Assembly (NCBI GenBank): GCA_964187785.1
Contig: OZ076409.1
Coordinates: forward strand, 41,232,001-41,292,000
DNA from: Amphiscolops sp. MND2022
Taxonomy: Eukaryota
Direction: 5' to 3'
DNA length: 60,000 bases
Part shown: positions 35,553 to 47,134 of the stretch, one piece after another
Layout: every line of letters starts with the position of its first letter
Position numbering within the stretch: position 1 is the first letter of the stretch
The notes under the pieces: model-generated
What the model was told of the DNA's origin: nothing
The model's input: only the letters and a program-made list of their open reading frames with translations
The model's database searches: none
Translations under genes and position numbers: made by a program

Positions 35553-36985
35553 GAGTCATCATTACTTTTAGTTGCTGTTTGTTGGGCCGATGATTCTAAA
35601 GTGCGCTCCTGAGTATGGTGTCTCTTGGGTCGGGGGTCATTTGCTGCATTGGCACCGTTCCAGCAGTCTTCAGTTTTGTGAGGTTTGCCACAAGTTTCAC
35701 ATTTAAGTGTTTTTCCTGTGGTATTGTTGTTGTGCCCGTTATTCTTCCGGGTTTGTTGCCACTTGTCTCGTTTTAGCTTTCGGCATTCGGCTTTGTAGTG
35801 GCCAAATTTGTTGCAATAAAAACAGTATCCTTTTTTAGGGTGCTGCGTCGTGTTCTCGACTGGTTTTGTTTCCGTCTTAATAGGGGCCTGTTCTATTGTG
35901 TTGAGAGGTACTAAGTTGACCTCGTCTGGTGCCCCAAGGCCGTTGAGTCGCATTTCTCGTTCCAGATGGAGCACTATATCGTTGTAGGGTTTGTCCTCGA
36001 GGTATGCCCTGTTGAGGATCTTTTTCACGTGATCGGGCATTTTTGCATAGATTGCTTTATCTCTGAATTGTTGTGCCTCAGCTCCGAAGGCTTCTTTTGC
36101 AGTTTTCTGGAGGACATCCAGGAATTCGTGTAATTTTTGTGTTGAGGGGTCGAATTTGAGAGAGTCCCACTCGCATCTGGCTTTTGCCATTGATAGATAG
36201 TCGCCAAAACGACGTTTAAAAATTGTCATTATCTCGTCCAATGAGTCTTTCTTGGTGTCCTCAATGTTGCAAAATGCTTGTAAGGCGTCCCCTCTGAGGA
36301 GTGAGTGGAAGTAGTTGATCTTTTGAAGTTCTGTGAGATGTGGGTACATCTTTAGGTTGTTGCGAAACAGATCCTCGAATAGTTCAAACTTTTCGGATTT
36401 CCCATCGAAAGTTGGGAGTGATGCCGTTAATGCCTTCGGCATAGGTAGTATTGTGGAGTCACTCTTTTCTGCTCCAAACAGTGTTCTGGCCACTGCTAGG
36501 CGCTCTTTTGGCGCAGGTTGACTTTGGGACCGTTTTTTTGGTCTTTTTACCTGGTTGGTGGAGTCGTTTAAAACTCCTGTCACCATGTTACGACTACTGT
36601 TCGTGTCGTTATTTTGAGTGGACGTTATCCTAACGGATTTAGTTGGAGTATAGAAACTCCTGGTTTCGTTTTCGGTTTCATCATCTATGCTAATTCTGAC
36701 GTTTTCCCTTGTTTCAGGCTTCAAGTGTTTCAACATTTCTCTCTGGGATTCTGCTAAAAGATTCTTAATTTCGGAAGTGATTTCCTCTTTAAGAGATGCT
36801 CTTAGACTTTCTAGAAAACTGTTCTCGACCCTGGGGGACTTTGATTTAGATGGCCCTGCTATACTCGAGTCTTGCTCGACTAGACTAGGATTTTCTACCT
36901 CTGCAGGAGAAATGAAACCTTCACTTACATCATCATCAGCGCTGAGCTGAACGTTCTTTCTCTTTTGGCTTCTCGTTGTAGACAT
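35543..36985 (-). CDS. gag: Gypsy-C Gag (480 aa)
   Basis: LPTFDGK capsid-start motif; zinc knuckles CFYCNKFGHYKAEC and CETCGKPHKTEDC. Confidence 0.93.
   Translation of the reverse strand: MSTTRSQKRKNVQLSADDDVSEGFISPAEVENPSLVEQDSSIAGPSKSKSPRVENSFLESLRASLKEEITSEIKNLLAESQREMLKHLKPETRENVRISIDDETENETRSFYTPTKSVRITSTQNNDTNSSRNMVTGVLNDSTNQVKRPKKRSQSQPAPKERLAVARTLFGAEKSDSTILPMPKALTASLPTFDGKSEKFELFEDLFRNNLKMYPHLTELQKINYFHSLLRGDALQAFCNIEDTKKDSLDEIMTIFKRRFGDYLSMAKARCEWDSLKFDPSTQKLHEFLDVLQKTAKEAFGAEAQQFRDKAIYAKMPDHVKKILNRAYLEDKPYNDIVLHLEREMRLNGLGAPDEVNLVPLNTIEQAPIKTETKPVENTTQHPKKGYCFYCNKFGHYKAECRKLKRDKWQQTRKNNGHNNNTTGKTLKCETCGKPHKTEDCWNGANAANDPRPKRHHTQERTLESSAQQTATKSNDDSKN
36568..36585 (-). promoter_or_regulatory. 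Gypsy-C primer-binding site (tRNA-Leu-like, uncertain)
   Basis: TGGTGACAGGAGTT directly after the 5' LTR. Confidence 0.65.
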
Positions 36986-39079
36986 TGTGGTGAAGAAAAT
37001 ATCTTGTTTCTTTGGAGAATTGAATTTTCTTTCAAAGTTTTCAACAAAGTTGAATTAAGTGAGATTGAGATATACAGGTTAGGTGCAACTGGTTATCACA
37101 AAAATCAAAAGACTGAGTCCCTCAATCGTCAAATCCTATCATATTTATACCCTCCCAGCATTATTTGATCACGAACAAAGTCCTAATTTCCCTTGAACAA
37201 TTAGTCATTTCCTGTATTTTCGATGAAAAAATCATTTTGTTCCCAATTTTACGTCGACATTTCGTCAATTTTTGAGACACGATGATCTTCATTTAGTATT
37301 AGTCATCAAATTTGATCATATCATTTCATCTCGGCGTCCTTTTGCTTCCTCCCAAGCAGGAAGTAGATATTACTTCAGTCTGTCAAACCGGAAATGCTTC
37401 CCTGTTTTACTGCTTTGGTTCGCGGGAAATTGACGCTGAGATGACGCTGACGTGAACAAAAAATACCTGATTTTGAATTTCGCTTTGATAAAATGCTATG
37501 ACTAATTTCAAGATAAGGATATTTGAACGATGCCAGGACGATATTTTATGAATTTGGATTCAATCTTTTGCTAGAGGTGGGAATGAAACCATGATATGAA
37601 AATAATACCTTGTTAGCAACTTTGTCATGTCGTGTTACGCACGACGAGATTTACAAAATTAACAACAACGTTTGTTAAATAGCAACATCAACACAACGTA
37701 AATAACTGGATAGCAACGGATGTACTAATATAGGAAAACATGACCACAACCACGAGTACTGCGTTCAATGTTGTAGAGTACAAAAATGCAAAATATATGA
37801 AAAATACATTTCTGGTACACAATATACTTTTTAGTTGGAGAGAATAAACCGTGACTTCCTCATTAATCTACTACGAAAACTTGTAATAAGATGATTCATG
37901 CACTGAAATTTCTTTATTGTTAAGGATACATGATTGTTACTTAACGTGGGGTTGAAATTATCCTATATGTGTCAAAACGCATTCTAAATTGGGACTTTAA
38001 ACCATGGAAAAATCAACAATACATTCGTTATACAATTTGCCACAGTCTGCAATTTTCTCTCTTTAGGAAATAACGGCATTTGTGTGATGAAAACTTGACT
38101 AAATTCAGCAAATTCATCCACTTTATTCAATTCATAAACTTGTCAGCGTCATGTTGACGAGTTTTCTTGGCAGAATTTAAGCCTCACAAACTTGTCAACG
38201 TCATGTTGACGAGTTTTCTTGGCAGAATAGAGATTTTGACTAGTTTGACGCAATGCTGACGAGTATTTTAGAAATGAGTCTCTCGCTAGCTGCCGGCGCA
38301 GTGACGTCACGGTGGCGGTAAATTGGAATGATTTCTAGCAATGCTATTAATATAGGCGGATAATTGGAATGATTTTCTGGTATGCATATGCGAGGCAGTG
38401 ACGTCAATTGGTATGCCCTCAAACTTGTCTGCGTCCTACTGACGACAAATATACATGTATTCTTGTTTCTTTTGCCGCTTTGTTTACTCAGCGCAGTATT
38501 GACGTCCTAAATCGCTTTAATTGCTGTTCAAAGAGTAATTAAGCTGTCTTTCTAAGAAAAGGCTTAACTACCACGGTGTGTTGTCTCACTGTAATTTCCT
38601 GTTTTAGGTCTAAATGGAATGTATTTTCTCAAGATTAGTTTTGATGTATTTTCATTTAGATTAGCTTATGGTCTCTTTATTCTTGGGATAGTTTTATTCT
38701 AATTTTCAGGTTGTGAATGTTTCATTTGTCGTGGTTGACTCGTCCAGCCAAACATGCGTGAAATCATTTTTGGATTATTTTGCTTCCTTATTTCATTTCC
38801 GCCCAAATTTGCGCGCGGTAAATGTGTATTTTACAATTCCGGTACTATTTTATTCAATTTTGCGAGGGCATGAAAAATTTAGAACGCGTTCACTAGTTTT
38901 ATTTGGAATTTTTGTTAAGCAAAAGTATTATTGCATTTCAAGTCACAGTTTATTTAAATTTAGTTAGAGTTCGAGTTAATAGCCAAAATACCTCTTCGTG
39001 AGTCTTGCGGTGCACCCATGTCCACGCCCAAAGCCAACTCTCCTGCATCCGCAATCCAGTCCGGGAGCGGACTGTGACA
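36586..39079 (-). repeat. Gypsy-C 5' LTR
   Basis: Near-identical to 22810-25303; followed on the - strand by the PBS. Confidence 0.97.
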
Positions 39080-39198
39080 GGTAATGTAATTGGTTGGTGG
39101 GTTTTTCGGTTTCTGAATTTTCTCTTTTGGAGATTTCTCCGCTTGAAGAACTTGTGCTCTTCGCTGATTTTTGATTCTCCATCTTGCTGACTGCGCCA

Positions 39199-39396
39199 TG
39201 TTCTATCTTATGAATAAGATTTAAAAAAAGAATTCAGTCCTGAAGTTTCTATTCTGTATTGTAAGCGATAATAAAGATTAAGTGAATAGATCAACACATG
39301 ATTCTAAAAAGAAAAATTTTTGACTGGTACTAAAGCGTCAGTACGACTATTTGTAGCACATATGAAATTAAGTACATGAAGTGACGTCATTTCAGA
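39199..39396 (-). repeat. Gypsy-B 5' LTR
   Basis: Direct repeat of 9654-9849, directly adjacent to the PBS. Confidence 0.85.
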
Positions 39397-39580
39397 AACC
39401 CAAATCGCTTGTCAAAACTCAAAACGAAACTAAATTTTTAAAAATGAACCCTCCAGGGGGAAAGCAGTTAGTTTTTCAAAACTTATCAACTAAAAATGGC
39501 AAAGAGACTGCTCAATTTTACAAAACAACTAGTGTTGGAAAAAAAACATCTTAGTTTCTAACCAATGAACATTTTTTTAG

Positions 39581-39801
39581 CTACAGTGGATAAGAACCTT
39601 CTTCAAATCCAATGCTTGCAGGACGAAATTGTGGAATTGTCAGACTCGGTGTCTGAACTTACAGCCATGGTCAATGACTCACACGAGGTGTTGAAGGATC
39701 TGGAAAGTCTTCTCGTCTCTTATGGACCCCATCTCAAAAATCTAAGAGCACAGCCTTCCACCCCACCCCAAGGCATGCTATACCATCTGCGCAATATCTG
39801 A
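39581..39801 (+). CDS. putative terminal coiled-coil exon, possibly of the TRPC gene
   Basis: ttttttttag acceptor ending 39580 is phase 1, compatible with the phase-1 donor at 2251; 73 open codons with heptad-like pattern (LQDEIVELSDSVSELTAMV); lies just outside Gypsy-B. Confidence 0.35.
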
Positions 39802-39976
39802 GAATAATAATATTAAAAAGTTATATGGCAACTGTGCGTAAAGGCCATCAGTTGAGTAGAGATATTTTTGGGGGATGTTTATGACCTTGTTGATACGTGA
39901 ACAATTTCGAATATCGAGGACCTAAGCCTTGACTGTAATGAATAATGAATGCTTCATTGACTTCAATACCACATTT

Positions 39977-42175
39977 TTAGTCGGCGCTTTATCCTTTTAA
40001 GGAAAAATGCCCGACTATAGCAGTGACGTTTTTTAGTCGGCGCCTTTTCCCTTAAGGAAAAAAGCCCGACTCTTACAGTGAGTAGTTTTTTTTTCAGTTG
40101 ACAATCTCACTCTGAGTGGTCCACTTTTCTTACAATATGTTCATCTTTCATATTTGTTCATCTTCCATCTTCGACCCAGCCGGAGTGCGTGGGTTCGATT
40201 CTCGCACTAAACCATAAATTTTTTTAATGCTTCCAAAAGTACAGGTGAGACCAAAGGGCCCCCCCTTTGGGTTTTTTTCGGCACTATGCGACTTTTTTCG
40301 AAAATTTTTGTAATTTATCAAAGGGTACCCCCTTGCATTTTTTTTGAAATTTTCGGTTTGTAGAAAACGTTGAATGAGCCTGAATGGCCTTTTTTTTGAG
40401 TTTTTCGGCATTTTGCGACTTAAAAAATACTTTTTTTTCGAAAAAAATTCAAAAATAATTTTTTTGAAAAATTTTTTTTTCCAAATTTTTACAATAGTTG
40501 TTCCTTGAATATTTTTGAGCCTAAGATATGGCGCCGACTTGGGACGTTCCCGTCTTGTTAGTCGGCGCCTTTTCCCTTAAGGAAAAAAGCCCGACTCTTA
40601 CAGTGAGTAGTTTTTTTTTTCAGTTGACAATCTCACTCTGAGTGGTCCACTTTTCTTACAATTTGTTCATCTTTCATATTTGTTCATCTTCCATCTTCGA
40701 CCCAGCCGGAGTGCGTGGGTTCGATTCTCGCGCTAAACCATAAATTTTTTAATGCTTCCAAAAGTACAGGTGAGACCAAAGGGCCCCCCCCCCCTTTGGG
40801 TTTTTTTCGGCACTATGCGACTTTTTTCGAAAATTTTTGAAATTTATCAAAGGGTACCCCCTTGAATTTTTTTTTGAAATTTTTGGTTCGTAGAAAACGT
40901 TGAATGAGCCTGAATGGCCTTTTTTTGAGTTTTTCGGCATTTTGCGACTTAAAAAATACTTTTTTTTCGAAAAAAAATTTCAAAAATAATTTTTTTGAAA
41001 AATTTTTTTTTCCAAATTTTTACAATAGTTGTTCCTTGAATATTTTTGAGCCTAAGATATGGCGCCGACTTGGGACGTTCCCGTCTTGTTAGTCGGCGCC
41101 TTTTCCCTTAAGGAAAAAAGCCCGACTCTTACAGTGAGTAGTTTTTTTTTCAGTTGACAATCTCACTCTGAGTGGTCCACTTTTCTTACAATTTGTTCAT
41201 CTTTCATATTTGTTCATCTTCCATCTTCGACCCAGCCGGAGTGCGTGGGTTCGATTCTCGCACTAAACCATAAATTTTTTAATGCTTCCAAAAGTACAGG
41301 TGAGACCAAAGGGCCCCCCCTTTGGGTTTTTTTCGGCACTATGCGACTTTTTTCGAAAATTTTTGAAATTTATCAAAGGGTACCCCCTTGCATTTTTTTT
41401 GAAATTTTCAGTTTGTAGAAAACGTTGAATGAGCCTGAATGGCCTTTTTTTGAGTTTTTCGGCATTTTGCGACTTAAAAAATACTTTTTTTTCGAAAAAA
41501 AATTCAAAAATAATTTTTTTGAAAAATTTTTTTTCCAAATTTTTACAATAGTTGTTCCTTGAATATTTTTGAGCCTAAGATATGGCGCCGACTTGGGACG
41601 TTCCCGTCTTGTTCTTTCTTCAGACTACAATCCTCACACTGATCGGTCCACTTTTTAGAAACAACCCTGAAACCACCTAAGGCGCCAAGTCCGGCCAAGA
41701 GGCCAAGGCAAACTCAGTGTAAAGGGTCCCCCTTTCATTTTTTACTTTTTCAAGGCAACTTACAAAACCGGACGGGACTAAAAAGTCCCCCCTTTCGATT
41801 TTTTTTGGCACTGTGCGACTTTATTTCTAATTTTTTTTGTCTCCAAAGGGTCCTTCCTTTCATTTTTTACTTTTTCAACGTAACCTACAAAACCGGCCGA
41901 GACTAAAGGGTCCCCCTTTTGGTTTTTTTCGGCACTGTGCCACTTTTTTTTCGAAAATGTTTCAATGTCCCCAAAGGGTTCCCCCTTTGAGTTTTTTGTT
42001 ATTTTGCAACAAAATGCATGCTTATAAATCAAAAGGGTCCCTTTTACATTTTACGGCACTGTGCGACAGTTATCGAAAGAAAAAATTTTCGAAAATTTCA
42101 AGTTTTTTTTCCAAAAAAATGTTTTGCGCTTTTTCAGCATTAGATATAGCGCCGACTTTAGACGTTCTCGTCTTG
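39977..42175 (+). mobile_element. older Helentron/HINE-like copy interrupted by the tandem array
   Basis: 5' hairpin at 39979-40016; body resumes at 41612; ends GCGCCGACTTTAGACGTTCTCGTCTTG-TTTTT. Confidence 0.6.
40033..41611 (+). mobile_element. three head-to-tail copies of a ~525-bp non-autonomous Helentron/HINE-like element
   Basis: Units 40033-40557, 40558-41088, 41089-41611; subterminal inverted AGTCGGCGCC/GGCGCCGACT, 5' and 3' hairpins, TT junctions, no TSD. Confidence 0.75.
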
Positions 42176-42467
42176 TTTTTAATAACGCAGGTTTTATCCT
42201 TGAATCATACGAGTTCGGAGCCTTTGTCCCGGTTTTCACTCCCATAAAAAATCAGGCTGATCATAATCTGCCGTAATAAATACAATATGATTCCAAGCTG
42301 ATTATAGACTGGTGCCAACGAAGGCATGACGTCATAAGCGTGCATCAAAAATCATACGCACGTTTCATTTGCGTAATGATCATATATGTATACGTCTCAA
42401 GCTCTTCTGTGTCATTCCTTGCATTTGTTCGAATGTACCCATGGTGTTTTATTTGTTTAGAAAGCAA

Positions 42468-42984
42468 CAAGCCGGGAACGGCCTAAGTCGGCGCCATATC
42501 ATATCTAAGGTTCAATAAGACTCGAAAATCACTTTTTCTACAACTGGAGACAACAAAAGCTCTCAAAAAACTAAAAATTGAGGAAAAAAAATTTTCCGAA
42601 ATTTTTTTGAAGTCTCCGGTAAGTCACATAGTGCCGAAAAATGTAAAAGGGGGGCCTTTGGGGTTTTTTGAACATCCATTCAGTTGCAAAATTTGATGGG
42701 GGGACCCTTTGGAGCAATTAAAAAATTTCAGAAAAAAATGAGAAATTTGAAAGTGCCGAAAAAAAGGGAAAGTCTCATAGTGTCGAAAAAAGTGGAAAGG
42801 GAGACCCTTCTGCTTTGGAATGGCTTTTTCATTTCATGTTAGAGGCTTTGGATACGTTGAAATTGAAGTACTAAGTACAAATGGTACAAGTGCATATTGC
42901 ACAAAAAGTTGACCGATCGCGTTGAACTGACGAAAAAAACTAGCCACTGTAAGAGTCGGGATTTTTTTCGAAAACGCCGACTAA
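42468..42984 (-). mobile_element. reverse-oriented diverged copy of the same Helentron-like family
   Basis: caagccgggaacggcctaagtcggcgccatatc ... agagtcggg..cgccgactaa are the reverse-complement termini. Confidence 0.7.
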
Positions 42985-44108
42985 AAATATTGACATGTAT
43001 GTAACCGTATTTTTATACTTGAGTCCTAGTATGAGAACAATTCCTCACATGAAATGAAGTAGAACCAGTGGTGTTTGATCCAGGTTCTCTTGATCGCTTT
43101 CGTTTTGATGAAAAACCTTTGGGAACATGTTATTATTACAAATGTTTAAAATGAAAGGCGTCAATTAGACCATTTGATGATAAATATCCAAATAGTTTGT
43201 ACAATGTGATTTCTGTAGCAACTAGAACATCCCTAGCCAGAATTGAAGTTCTTTGAAAAGTTTTATATCCCAATTGCTGTTTTTAAAAACAACTTCACTG
43301 TTAATTTAATTTGCTCCATAATTCAAATGCTGTCTTAAAATGACAAAACAGCTATTGCGCGGTCCTCATAATAGGCCAAGCTGGACACATGATGTCACAG
43401 TACGACCCAGAAAACTCTTCAAATACCGTAAATAGCAGTAAAAACTTGACGTCACTCGTCAGTGTACAGTCTCCTGTTCTGGCTACATCTGAGAACGAAG
43501 TGAAAAATTTGTCACAAAGCACGGATACTTGTTCACACCTATGATGCAATATTTAGTTTTCTCATTTTTGTAAGCACTCTTCAATTCAGCATTTCATCCA
43601 GTATTTAAAAACAAAGTATTTGAAAAAAAGTATTTTTGGACGTTTCATCGCGAGGGCGTGTAAGTTTAATGCATAAAGTAAAACATGGACACTTGGGTGT
43701 TCAACGCAAGTTTCGCTACAAAAGCTGAGAAGTTTCTCGGAGCAGAGTTATGCGAAAGAGATGCAACATCATCACACAAAAGTATCCAGGAAATGAATCA
43801 GAGCGAAACTAAGCTTATAAAATCAAATTTCTGTTCTATCTCTTGAAATGAATTCATTTTTTAAAAGTGAGTAGTATACGAATTCCCGATTCGGGCCAGT
43901 CAAATATTTTTTTTTTAAAAATGTTGAATATTTTTAAGAAAAAATCAACGTTTTTTTCACAACTAACTGTTAAAAAATAACCAAGGCAAACCATCTAAAA
44001 TTAGTCATTTTTCACAACTAAAAAATTAACAAAATAAAAATTAATGAACAAGTTTTTCCAATGGAAAATTCATTGACCAAGATATAATCATGGAAAAATA
44101 ACTATTAA

Positions 44109-44513
44109 ATGAATTATTTATCATTCAAAGAATTTGTTAATAAACATGGATCAAAAAATGAAGCAACTTCCAATGTAGAAATAAAAGAAAACTTAAAACT
44201 CATGAACACATCTTGTGGAATATATATGAGAGATGATAAGTTTACCACTACCAGTGGTATAGTTAACTTACATCCAACTAAAGGTACACATTGGGTTATG
44301 TTTGTTAACGAGTTTTATTTTGATTCATATGGCTGTCCACCACCACTAAATATAACAAAACAAATTAATAATGGTATCTATTCAGAATATCAAATCCAGA
44401 AAGTCGATAGTTATTGTGCAGCTTATTGTTTGTATGTGTTGTATCACAAATATAATTGGTTTCAAAAATGCAGTTTTAAATTTATACTACCAAAATTTAT
44501 AATTATTAAATGA
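44109..44513 (+). CDS. adenain-like cysteine protease (C-terminus probably frameshifted)
   Basis: GIVNL..GTHWV, YFDSYGCPPP, QIQ..DSYCAAYCLY. Confidence 0.88.
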   Translation: MNYLSFKEFVNKHGSKNEATSNVEIKENLKLMNTSCGIYMRDDKFTTTSGIVNLHPTKGTHWVMFVNEFYFDSYGCPPPLNITKQINNGIYSEYQIQKVDSYCAAYCLYVLYHKYNWFQKCSFKFILPKFIIIK

Positions 44514-44694
44514 AGAAAATTAATAATTATTCAGCTCAATTTAAAATTATTCAAAAACCAATGAATGCCAATGAGAATCAATTTGATGAGAAAATAATAC
44601 AAAAAATAATTCAAAAAAGAAATTATCAAAACAAAACCGAGAATTTATAAATAAGATATCCGCAAGTGGATTTAAACAATTTTTCTCCTTATAA

Positions 44695-45726
44695 ATGGAT
44701 CTATCAAATTCTGTAACCTATGATAAAAAAGAATCTCTTTTATTGAGTATTGCAAAATCTAATCAAGAAGAAATTGTTGAAAATACACATTCTAAACCAC
44801 AAGAAACTTTAGAATTTAAAATGAATAAACAAAAAGAATCTTTTTCATTTGATATTCCACTAGACTTACCAGAACAATGGATGATGGGAGTGACAAGTTT
44901 AGAAGTATACAACACCATATATAACATTACTGAGAAGAATAATAAAATTCAATTTTTTGAAACAGACAAAATGTTAAAAGAATATAAATTTGCAACTGAA
45001 TTTATACCAAAGATAAAACATTTATATGAAACCTCTAAAATAGAAGAAATTAAAAAACTTATAAATGATGTTAAAATTAAAAAGCTTGTATTTCCTAACA
45101 ATTTTCATGATGATTTAAATAAAATCATTGATCAAATTAATCAAAATATTAAAGATAAAACAAATATTCTTGATCTTGATGGTATTGGATCTGTATCTAA
45201 TTGCTTGGGAATTGAAATACCACCAGGAGCATATGAATTAGATGATATAAGTAATACCATCCAACAAGAACTTATTAATTCTTGTAGTTCTAGTCTTAAT
45301 CCTGATGTTAAAATTAACATAAAAGCAGACACAATATCAATGAAATCACTTTTAAAAACCTCAAAACCCATTTATTTTAATTCAGAACTTAACACCCTTT
45401 TAGGATTTACAAACAAAGGCTACCCAGCAGGAACTCATAAATCAGAAAAACCGGTTATGATAACAACCACAGACAAAGTTCACCTGAAGTGTGACTGCGT
45501 AGATGGTTCAATCGTTAATGGTATACGAGAACAAATTTTATTTTCATTTATTCTTAGTGCTCCTCCAGGATATAAAATTATAAAAGAACCTAATATTATT
45601 TTATTTAAAAAAATAAACAAAACAAGGTTAGATAGTATTCAGTTTTTCCTTGTGGATAACAACCATAATCCAGTTGATTTCAACGGGGAGACATTAACAT
45701 TTACAATTCAAATTATTAAGATTTAA
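44695..45726 (+). CDS. probable minor capsid (penton) protein
   Basis: W..GVTSL, IPPGAYE, KCDCVDGSIVNG..ILFSF...PPGYKI...PVDFNGE pattern of Polinton pentons. Confidence 0.7.
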   Translation: MDLSNSVTYDKKESLLLSIAKSNQEEIVENTHSKPQETLEFKMNKQKESFSFDIPLDLPEQWMMGVTSLEVYNTIYNITEKNNKIQFFETDKMLKEYKFATEFIPKIKHLYETSKIEEIKKLINDVKIKKLVFPNNFHDDLNKIIDQINQNIKDKTNILDLDGIGSVSNCLGIEIPPGAYELDDISNTIQQELINSCSSSLNPDVKINIKADTISMKSLLKTSKPIYFNSELNTLLGFTNKGYPAGTHKSEKPVMITTTDKVHLKCDCVDGSIVNGIREQILFSFILSAPPGYKIIKEPNIILFKKINKTRLDSIQFFLVDNNHNPVDFNGETLTFTIQIIKI

Positions 45727-45735
45727 TATATATAA

Positions 45736-46138
45736 ATGAGCTTTAGTAAATTTAGAAATAATTCATATTGTGTTGGTGGGAAACATTATTCCGCTACCAC
45801 AAATTTTCGTGGAGATAGTACTCAAAATAAAAAAAAACAGGAGCACCTGTTAAATTATTAAGAGGTACTTGTTCAACTTGCAAAAGAAATAAATCATTAA
45901 TTGTATCAGATCAAACTATACAAGCAGAAGGATTAGGTGACTTTTTCCGAGGTAGAGGAAAAGCCGCCAAGAGTGTCGGAAAGAAAATTTTAAACAATCC
46001 TGGAAGAGCATTAGAACTCGCAGCTAATATTGGTACAGCAGCAGCAAGTAAAAATCCAAAACTTATTGCCGCAACTGCTCCTGATATTATAAAATTTGTT
46101 CATCAAGGGAAAGGCCTGTATTCAGGTAAAATTCATTG
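45736..46138 (+). pseudogene. small basic virion/core-like protein, frameshifted near 45835
   Basis: MSFSKFRNNSYCVGGKH..., then LRGTCSTCKRNKS...EGLGDFFRGRGKAAKSVGKKILNNPGRALE. Confidence 0.5.
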
Positions 46139-46189
46139 ATTTACAGCCTTGGAGAAAAATTTAATATTGTTTTTTATGAATAATAAATT

Positions 46190-47134
46190 ATGTATTCAAT
46201 TCATAATCGAGATGAATTAGAAAAATTAAAAAAAGTGCAAGAAACAAAATCTTCTTTGAAAGCTGAAAGATTAAAAGAGACACTAGGGAAGCAAGACTTT
46301 CATTATGATATGGAAGAAGTTTTTGAACCTGTTACTGAAAACCAGAAACAAAACCAAACTAAACAACAAGAACTTTCTGAAAAGCAAATACAAGCGCTAC
46401 GTGATTCTACTCAAACTACAACACAAGCAATCGAAAATCAGACAAGAGCAATAGAACACAGTAGTGATATTTTAAATAAAACTTTACAAAAATCTATCAA
46501 AGATGCTAATTCTAACCAAGTAGACAGTTCAATTGTTAAAACAGTTTCCAACCTCCTCAACACCCAAAGTTAATTCAGATTAGAACCTGTGGAAGGTATT
46601 CCAAATTTATTCATTATTAATCCTTTTACTAATCCTCAACAGGTATTAATCAAAGGTTCAACGATGACATTCCAAAATGGTAACACGTATCATTTGAATG
46701 ATCCGGATCTTTCAAATTTCATTACGAATACACAACACGATAAAATTAAAAATATAGCTGTGAAATATAATTTTTTACGTGATATGAATTACGATTTAAA
46801 TTATGGAGATAAAAAATCAAATAGGTATAACTTTATTAAATCTATGTTACAACCATAAATAGGAAGTGGATTAAATTTTACAGGTCAAAGACCTGCAAAT
46901 CCTGTGGTTTGTGTTTTTCTTCCATCTGATCCAGATGAACTTGTAGATCAATTAAAACTACTTTATTTTGAAAAAGTAGGAGGAAATGATAATCCTATGC
47001 TTAGTGAACAAATCATAGCAATTGCAGATAAACGTTTACAATACCAATGTATTACAACAAATCAACATCAAAACATACACAGCACCTTCGGTCTTATAAG
47101 CACATTTACTAAGAAGGATCAGTTTGTGGACTAA
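46190..47134 (+). pseudogene. Polinton hypothetical protein, interrupted by stops
   Basis: In-frame pieces 46190-46573, 46589-46858, 46904-47134; C-terminal FLPSDPDELVDQLKLL...GNDN motif that I recall from Polintons. Confidence 0.6.

Larger units (their letters stand above)
22810..39079 (-). mobile_element. young giant Ty3/Gypsy LTR retrotransposon C (16.27 kb)
   Basis: 2494-bp TG...CA LTRs with ~8 differences by eye, TSD GGTAAT (22804-22809, 39080-39085), long open gag and pol, 5.3-kb accessory region. Confidence 0.97.
9654..39396 (-). mobile_element. Ty3/Gypsy LTR retrotransposon B (decayed), interrupted by two insertions
   Basis: Diverged ~197-bp LTRs 9654-9849 and 39199-39396, TSD AACCC (9649-9653, 39397-39401), PBS TGGCGCAGTCAGCAAGAT (39181-39198, tRNA-Ser-like), PPT-like tract at 9850; internal parts 9850-10511, 18239-22809, 39080-39198. 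Confidence 0.88.

Noticed and set aside
30766..36950. Many short + strand ORFs over gag/pol
   Set aside because: Antisense shadows of long coding frames
40175..40215. tRNA gene
   Set aside because: Only a T-arm/B-box-like part; no D-arm, anticodon arm or acceptor stem seen
40148..42276. Several Lys/Phe-rich ORFs
   Set aside because: Translations of homopolymer-rich repeat units; frames differ between units
42990..43863. Possible BEL/Pao 3' region or LTR left of the Polinton
   Set aside because: No second LTR in the window and no diagnostic termini to support it
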